NCBI GenBank assembly: GCA_044450345.1
Contig: JBIOIY010000070.1
Location: 1-11,761 of the forward strand
Origin: Thermodesulfovibrionales bacterium
GTDB lineage: Bacteria > Nitrospirota > Thermodesulfovibrionia > Thermodesulfovibrionales > UBA6898
Length of the DNA stretch: 11,761 bases
Reading direction: 5' to 3'
Positions 6,774-11,761 of this stretch are shown one piece after another. Both the position numbers and the translations under genes were made by a program. Each line of letters starts with the position of its first letter. Position 1 is the stretch's first letter. Below the pieces are notes generated by a model. That model made no database searches. It was given only the letters and a program-made list of their open reading frames with translations, and was not told the DNA's origin.

Positions 6774-8531
6774 CTATACTCCCTCACCGGCCTGTCTGTC
6801 GGAGATGGTGAAATAAAAAGTGGAACCCTTTCCCACCTCAGACTCTGCCCATATACGTCCGCCGTGTCTTTCAACGATCTTTTTACAGACGGCGAGCCCG
6901 ATGCCGGTCCCCGGATATTCCGCCTGTGTATGGAGTCTCTGGAACATGACAAAGATTCGGTCAAAAAACTCCTTCTCAATTCCTATCCCGTTGTCGCTTA
7001 CCGAAAACAGCCATCCATCGTCTCCGCGTTTGGCAGAGACATGGATGCGCGGTTGTGTATAACGACAGAACTTGACGGCGTTGCCGATGAGGTTCTGAAA
7101 GACCTGACCCAATTGCAGTTCGTCCGTCGTCACTGTCGGCAATGCATCGTATGTTACGACGGCGCCGCAGCTTTTTATGGGTTTATCCAAATCGGCAAGG
7201 ACGCGGTCAAGGACCTTATTGCAATCGGTCTGAAGAAACGGTTTTCCCATCGTTCCCAGACGGGAATATGCGAGCAGGTCATTAATAAGTGTCTGCATCT
7301 TTTTTGCTCCGTCCACGACATGGTGCAGGTACTTCGCCGCTTCCTGGTCGAAGCTGCCTTTGTAACGCTCTTCCAGAAGTTGGATAAAACTCGTAATCCT
7401 GCGAAGAGGCGCCTGCAGGTCATGGGAGGCGACATAGGCATACTGCTCCAGTTCCTTATTCGACCTTTCCAGCGCGGACATGGTTTCGGCCAGTTTTCGT
7501 CCCGTGCGAAGATGTTCGTCGAGTTCGTTCCTGAGATTCTCCTTCATCTCTCTTTCATAGATTTCCTTTTCCCGGAGCTCCAGGGAGAGTCTGTGGCTCG
7601 AAAAAAGAAGTCCCGCACCCTTGTAGGCAGCAAGCCCGCTAAGGGCCAGGAATGCGGTCACAAGCAGAATAAGACCCGCTGCGATCTCTCTTGAGCGGTG
7701 AAAAACTTCTGTCACCGGCCTTTGCATGACCAGGCCCCACCCCCATTTCATGGGCTGAAACGTTGAGATGATCGGCTCATTATGCACCCGGTCAAAGCCC
7801 TCTTCGGTCCCTGTAAGGCCGCTCTTCACTTTATCGACCGCCGGTATCTTTGAAAAATCGACTATCCTGTCGAGACGGTATTCAGGATGATAAATAAGGT
7901 TGCCGTGCCTGTCGACGACGTATATAAAACTCCTTCCTATGCGCATCGGACTCAACACGTCCTTTAAATAGTCCTCCTTAGGCTGGAGCACGAGCACTCC
8001 CGCGACTTTTCCGGATTGATTCCTGATCGGCACAGCGATCACAAAGAGATATCTCCTGGGATAAGTCTCCCTCAGGAAAAAATCAGACACGTACGGGACC
8101 CATTTCTTCGAGACCCCCCGGTACCAGTCCCGGAAGGAGAAGTCTATGCCAACAGCATCCGGGTTCTCCGGGTATTCGGCGAACATTACCCCATCCTCGA
8201 GTGTGATAGCCGCCCTTTCGATGGTCGACATGTTTTCGAGAAGGCCTTTCAGATCTGCGCGAGCGGAATTCCTGTCGCCCTTGTCTAAGGCCTTTATAAG
8301 CTCCGGCCCTGCGGCAAAGATCCTGCCGCTTGATATGTCATCATCAATTTTCTCTTTGACGTGATATACTGCGAGATCGAAAAAAGTCCGGGTTTCCTCA
8401 ACGGCGATCTGTTTGAATTGTGAGATGACTTGCAGATAGACGTATATGGTCAGGCCGACAAGGGGGAGCGAAACGGTAAGAAATCCCGCAAGGAGTATCC
8501 GCCATCTCTTTTCGAGAAGCCATTGTTTCAA
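6774..8531 (-). CDS. Membrane sensor histidine kinase: TM - dCache_1-like domain - TM - coiled coil - Cph1/COG4251-type HisKA - HATPase
   Basis: TM1 ILLAGFLTVSLPLVGLTIYVYL. Cache-like DFSFRDWY, IAVPI and YVVDRHGNLIYHP. TM2 IAAGLILLVTAFLALSGLAAY. H-box ELEQYAYVASHDLQAPLR, then QNLIGNAVKF, DNGIG and FQRLH...YPGTGIGL. TTG start preceded by AAGGGGAAA. Confidence 0.95.
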   Translation of the reverse strand: MKQWLLEKRWRILLAGFLTVSLPLVGLTIYVYLQVISQFKQIAVEETRTFFDLAVYHVKEKIDDDISSGRIFAAGPELIKALDKGDRNSARADLKGLLENMSTIERAAITLEDGVMFAEYPENPDAVGIDFSFRDWYRGVSKKWVPYVSDFFLRETYPRRYLFVIAVPIRNQSGKVAGVLVLQPKEDYLKDVLSPMRIGRSFIYVVDRHGNLIYHPEYRLDRIVDFSKIPAVDKVKSGLTGTEEGFDRVHNEPIISTFQPMKWGWGLVMQRPVTEVFHRSREIAAGLILLVTAFLALSGLAAYKGAGLLFSSHRLSLELREKEIYEREMKENLRNELDEHLRTGRKLAETMSALERSNKELEQYAYVASHDLQAPLRRITSFIQLLEERYKGSFDQEAAKYLHHVVDGAKKMQTLINDLLAYSRLGTMGKPFLQTDCNKVLDRVLADLDKPIKSCGAVVTYDALPTVTTDELQLGQVFQNLIGNAVKFCRYTQPRIHVSAKRGDDGWLFSVSDNGIGIEKEFFDRIFVMFQRLHTQAEYPGTGIGLAVCKKIVERHGGRIWAESEVGKGSTFYFTISDRQAGEGV

Positions 8532-8615
8532 CTTACTTTCCCCTTTTCTTTATATTACGATATTATCGCTATTACGGTAAAATACTACCGGAATTATCGG
8601 TGATTGAGACGAGAG
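8532..8615. promoter_or_regulatory. AT-rich divergent promoter region (sensor kinase <- -> smr) with short palindromes
   Basis: Lies between divergent starts. CGATA-T-TATCG (8558-8568), CGGTA-N6-TACCG (8575-8590), direct repeat TATTACG (8553-8559 and 8570-8576). No specific promoter could be assigned. Confidence 0.4.
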
Positions 8616-8912
8616 ATGAAAGAAACGGGCGGACAAAATGACGATATGCCTGTCGGGCTCCCCATAGACGGGGTGCTGGACCTGCATACCTTTAATCCGC
8701 GCCAGGTAAGGGAGTTGATCCCTGATTACATAGCCGCCTGCCGGGAGAGGGGCATATTCGAGATACGCATAATCCACGGCAAAGGGACAGGGGCCCTGAG
8801 GGAAACTGTTCATACGATCCTCGGCAGGCTTCCGGGAATCGCTTCTTTCAGACTGGCAGGGGAAGATGGCGGGGGATGGGGCGCGACACTGGTTGTACTC
8901 GAGCGAGACTAA
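8616..8912 (+). CDS. Stand-alone Smr (small MutS-related) domain protein
   Basis: LDLHTF, IRIIHGKGTGALR and GGWGATLV motifs. ATG 8616 preferred over the in-frame TTG at 8604. Confidence 0.93.
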   Translation: MKETGGQNDDMPVGLPIDGVLDLHTFNPRQVRELIPDYIAACRERGIFEIRIIHGKGTGALRETVHTILGRLPGIASFRLAGEDGGGWGATLVVLERD

Positions 8913-8918
8913 GCAGTT

Positions 8919-9124
8919 GGACGTATGCGATGGGGGACACGGCGGGCATAGTATCGTCGCTCATTCTCGGCTCCGATAAATCGGTGCCTCCGAGGCTTTT
9001 TCCTCTTTATATCAGAAAACTTTACTGAGGAATATCGGCAAAAGAAACCGCTCCGATACCATACCCGCCGCGTCCCCTGCGACGACCGAGAATGAGCGAG
9101 CGTGCTGTCCTCATGCGTAAGTTC
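8919..9124. repeat. About 205-bp structured intergenic element with crossing inverted repeats (MITE/REP-like element or ncRNA)
   Basis: 8933-8956 pairs 21/24 with 9054-9077. 8957-8970 pairs 14/14 with 9086-9099. Degenerate outer inverted repeat 8919-8939 / 9106-9124. Lies between convergent genes. Confidence 0.8.
8986..9001 (+). terminator. Weak candidate intrinsic terminator downstream of smr
   Basis: GCCT-CCG-AGGC followed by TTTTT. The stem is short and embedded in the larger repeat element. Confidence 0.25.
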
Positions 9125-9168
9125 TCGATGAAGATTAGATATGCCCTACTTGATTCTCGCGTGTGAGA

Positions 9169-9984
9169 CTATTGAGTCAGCGAGAACTCGACCTCTTGAC
9201 CGCTGACAGGACACCGGAATCTCAGTGAAACGGCGGTGAGCTTCAGCCCTTCCGCATTCTTGTTCCCTTTTCCGTATTTCGGGTCCCCCATCACAGGATG
9301 TACTATCATCTCAAAGTGCCTCCGAATCTGGTGCAGCCGCCCGGTCCTGATGACGATATCGACAGTCGACGTATTTCTTTCCGGATCATAAGACAGGACC
9401 TGATATTCCGTCATCGCAGACTTGCCGTCGAGAGGAAACTCCACCGTGCCCTTCAAGTCTTTTTCACCCAGATCGCCCAGGACCTCGGCACGGTATCTCT
9501 TTGTGATGAGATTTTTTTGAAAGAGCTCTGAAAGTCCGGCAGCAGCGGGCTTGTCATGGGCGATGAGCATGACGCCGGAGGCCTCGCGGTCCAGGCGATG
9601 GACGAGAAATACCTTTCTCTGAGGACTGAAGAAAAGCTCCGCATGTCTCATAAGGGAACAGTGATCGCCATACAGGGTACCCTGCGCAGTCATCCCCGGC
9701 GGCTTATACCATACGCTGTAATTCCCGAGGTCGCCCAGACAATCTGCAGAAGGAGGCGTTAGCGAGAGTATTTTTTCGTCATAATGCAGTTCGATATGGT
9801 CACCTTTTTTGAGAACTGCGGTCGCCCTCCTCAGCCTGTTCATCCCGCCCCTTTTTTTCCTCAACCAGACCGCCCCTTTATTCATTGCGTCCTTCACTTT
9901 ACTTTTGGAGAGACCGGATTTCGAAACAAGATAGTCCGAGGCCGTTGCGCCTATATCCGAATCGAGGTCTATTTTCAGGTCCAT
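9169..9984 (-). CDS. RluA/RluD-family pseudouridine synthase with an N-terminal S4-like region
   Basis: YKPPGM, catalytic VHRLDREASG, TKRYRA, TGRLHQIRRH and HPVMGDPKYG. ATG at 9984 (MDLKID) with GGTGA upstream, preferred over the ORF-track start at 10077. Confidence 0.94.
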   Translation of the reverse strand: MDLKIDLDSDIGATASDYLVSKSGLSKSKVKDAMNKGAVWLRKKRGGMNRLRRATAVLKKGDHIELHYDEKILSLTPPSADCLGDLGNYSVWYKPPGMTAQGTLYGDHCSLMRHAELFFSPQRKVFLVHRLDREASGVMLIAHDKPAAAGLSELFQKNLITKRYRAEVLGDLGEKDLKGTVEFPLDGKSAMTEYQVLSYDPERNTSTVDIVIRTGRLHQIRRHFEMIVHPVMGDPKYGKGNKNAEGLKLTAVSLRFRCPVSGQEVEFSLTQ

Positions 9985-10136
9985 TTTGTTCACCGCATAG
10001 TCTACCATCACCGGGCAGGTACCGGCCATTGAAGTACCATCCTGTTTATGGTAGCATTCTGTATTGCCCGGGGGCATTGAGAATCAAATCAAAAGGATAA
10101 CAGGGCCGGGCTATTAAAACCAGGAGGCGATAACCC

Positions 10137-11351
10137 TTGGCAGAAGTCTATCATGCGCTGGGTCTCAACATGCATCAGCCGCTCGGAAACCTCCGCGAAC
10201 TGCATAACTCCAGCGAATCCTGGGAGGCCAGGCAGATCCTCTGGTGCTATGACAGACCGACGCGGATGCTTGAAGGATACGAGGACGTGGCGCGGCTGCA
10301 TATGAGTTTTTCAGGCACGCTCCTGAAACAGCTCGAGGATACTGCCGTAAGAGAGACCTTCCACGATGTGGTGAACATACACGATTTTCTGGAGCGCTTC
10401 AAGAGGTCTCACATCGAATTCACAGGTACCGGACTCTACCATCCGGTATATCCGCTGATACCTCCGGACGACTGGGACGCCCACACATCCTGGTGGCTGG
10501 GCCTGGGACGCCATCTCCTCGGCAGGGAACGGTTCCAGGGGTTCTGGCCGCCTGAAATGGGTTTTTGCATGGAGATGATCCCGATGCTGAAGCGTCACGG
10601 GTATCGCTATGTTCTTGTTGACTCGTGGTACATCAAGCCGAGGCGCGAGATGCGATGGGAAGAGCTTCGGTACAGGCCGTATATTGCACGCTATGAGGGA
10701 GAAGAGATTATTGTTGTGCCGCGGGACCGTGAACTTTCCGACGCCCAGGAATCAGGGCTGGACCCCGGGTGGTTTCAGTATGAGATATATGAAAGGACGA
10801 AGTGGTGCGACTTCCCGGCGCTCGTCACTACCTGGACGGACGGAGAAAACGGCGGCTGGTTCCGGACGACCCATACGGAAAGCGGGTTCTGGGGCCACTT
10901 TTACCATGCCATATTAAACAGGTATCGCGCGGGCACACTTGGATTTACCCCTGTCCATATCAGCGAATACCTCGACAGGTACCCTCCGGAGGAGGAAGTG
11001 GAGGTGCACCGCGGCGCGTGGAACACAGGGCACCATTGGGGCGGAGACTTCACGCAGTGGACCGGCTCACTCTTGCAAAAAAGGGGCTGGGACGAGGTCC
11101 GCAACGCAAGCGCCTACTATCAGAAGGTGAAGAAAAGCTTTGACGCGCACAGGGACGAAGCATCTGATCCCGAGGACGTCCGTCAGCTAATCACGGAGGC
11201 CTACGACCATATTCTCATTTCTGAGACCAGCTGCAATTTCTATTGGGGAAGCAGCCGGGTGCACCGCTCTTTCGATGACCTTGAGCAGGCATATTATCTT
11301 CTCGACACTGCTATGGACCTTCTCGGAGGAGGAGAGGCCGATAGCGGTTAA
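10137..11351 (+). CDS. Glycoside hydrolase family 57 protein (alpha-glucan-active; exact specificity not assignable)
   Basis: Conserved GH57 regions: MHQP, SGTLLKQL, GFWPPEM (nucleophile Glu), TDGENG (acid/base Asp) and ETSCNFYW. TTG start with AGGAGG at 10122-10127. Confidence 0.92.
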   Translation: MAEVYHALGLNMHQPLGNLRELHNSSESWEARQILWCYDRPTRMLEGYEDVARLHMSFSGTLLKQLEDTAVRETFHDVVNIHDFLERFKRSHIEFTGTGLYHPVYPLIPPDDWDAHTSWWLGLGRHLLGRERFQGFWPPEMGFCMEMIPMLKRHGYRYVLVDSWYIKPRREMRWEELRYRPYIARYEGEEIIVVPRDRELSDAQESGLDPGWFQYEIYERTKWCDFPALVTTWTDGENGGWFRTTHTESGFWGHFYHAILNRYRAGTLGFTPVHISEYLDRYPPEEEVEVHRGAWNTGHHWGGDFTQWTGSLLQKRGWDEVRNASAYYQKVKKSFDAHRDEASDPEDVRQLITEAYDHILISETSCNFYWGSSRVHRSFDDLEQAYYLLDTAMDLLGGGEADSG

Positions 11352-11371
11352 AAAAGTAATGAGTGCAGTCC

Positions 11372-11401
11372 TTCCAAGAAGGCCGGCATATCGGGTATAA
11401 T
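11372..11401 (+). promoter_or_regulatory. Candidate sigma70-type promoter for groES
   Basis: Perfect TATAAT at 11396-11401 and a weak -35 TTCCAA at 11372-11377 (18-nt spacer). The -10 ends 44 nt upstream of the ATG. RBS AGGAGG at 11430-11435. Confidence 0.5.
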
Positions 11402-11444
11402 CTGTTATTCATGCATTTACCTTTTTCACAGGAGGTCGTGAGTT

Positions 11445-11761
11445 ATGAACCTTAAGCCACTTCAAGACTGGGCAGTAATCAGAAGATCGGAAGCCGAGGA
11501 GAAGACCTCGGGCGGAATTATTATACCGGAGGTCGCGAAAGAGAAGCCTCTGGAAGGCGTAATTGTCGCGATCGGCCCGGGCAGATATACGCTCGAAAAG
11601 GGAAAAGAGAAAGAAAAAAAGAAGAAGTTCGTCCCGACCGTTCTTAAACCCGGCCAGAAGGTCATCTACCAAAAATATGCCGAAAGGGAGATAGAGCTGG
11701 GCGGCGAGGTTGTTACGCTCGTCAGAGAAGAAGACATCCTCGGCACGGTAGAGGATTACGC
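11445..11761 (+). CDS. groES: Co-chaperonin GroES/Cpn10, divergent, 3'-partial (absent from the ORF track)
   Basis: Manual translation: MNLKPLQDWAVIRRSEAEEKTSGGIIIPEVAKEKPLEGVIVAIGPGRYTLEKGKEKEKKKKFVPTVLKPGQKVIYQKYAEREIELGGEVVTLVREEDILGTVEDY... Mobile loop EKTSGGIIIP, AKEKP, AIGPG and REEDILG are present. AGGAGG RBS. No stop before the window edge. Confidence 0.93.
   Translation, partial: MNLKPLQDWAVIRRSEAEEKTSGGIIIPEVAKEKPLEGVIVAIGPGRYTLEKGKEKEKKKKFVPTVLKPGQKVIYQKYAEREIELGGEVVTLVREEDILGTVEDY

Noticed and set aside
6708..7694. 328-aa ORF on the + strand, plus the other short overlapping ORFs in the track
   Set aside because: Antisense or out-of-frame shadows of well-supported genes, with no motifs of their own.
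8919..9124. Element as retron msr-msd, CRISPR, tRNA, 6S, SRP or tmRNA
   Set aside because: No reverse transcriptase or cas gene in the window, no spaced direct repeats, no cloverleaf or SRP loop motif, and the crossing helices do not fit a 6S rod. An Rfam search is still needed.
9985..10077. N-terminal extension of the RluA ORF (likewise 6694-6732 for the hybrid kinase)
   Set aside because: Better RBS-associated ATGs lie downstream, and the extensions overlap probable regulatory DNA.
10077..10092. FNR-like TTGA...ATCAA
   Set aside because: The spacing does not fit TTGAT-N4-ATCAA.
11341..11369. CIRCE-like half site GAGTGC upstream of groES
   Set aside because: The left arm matches TTAGCACTC at only 5/9 and only with an 11-nt rather than 9-nt spacer. 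The right arm is GAGTGCAGT.
11598..11648. In-frame A AAA AAG slippery heptamer (11615-11621) with an upstream AAGGGA in groES
   Set aside because: It is explained by the Glu-Lys-Lys codons of the Lys-rich insert. There is no convincing downstream stem, and the -1 frame stops within about ten codons, giving a half-domain.

Overview
Bacterial chromosomal window of ordinary, apparently intact genes. 1-4944 (+) holds an operon for a type A2 heme-copper oxygen reductase in the order sco-coxA(I)-coxC(III)-coxD(IV)-coxB(II with a fused cytochrome c)-ctaB/cyoE. This is the order known from Geobacter and Desulfovibrio, so a Desulfobacterota/Nitrospirota-like source is plausible (inference). Directly abutting it on the - strand is a two-gene signalling unit: a membrane dCache sensor with a Cph1/COG4251-type kinase core, and an unusual cytoplasmic protein built REC - Cys/His metal-finger - duplicated REC - histidine kinase. 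Then come a small stand-alone Smr protein (+), an RluA-family pseudouridine synthase (-), a GH57 glycoside hydrolase (+) and a divergent GroES with a Lys-rich insertion that runs off the right edge and is missing from the ORF track. The most unusual non-coding signals are two intergenic elements (8919-9124 and 6716-6765). In both, the inverted repeats are arranged in crossing A-B-A'-B' order rather than nested, and the A.C mismatches become G.U pairs on the - strand. No tRNA, rRNA, CRISPR array or transposase was seen.
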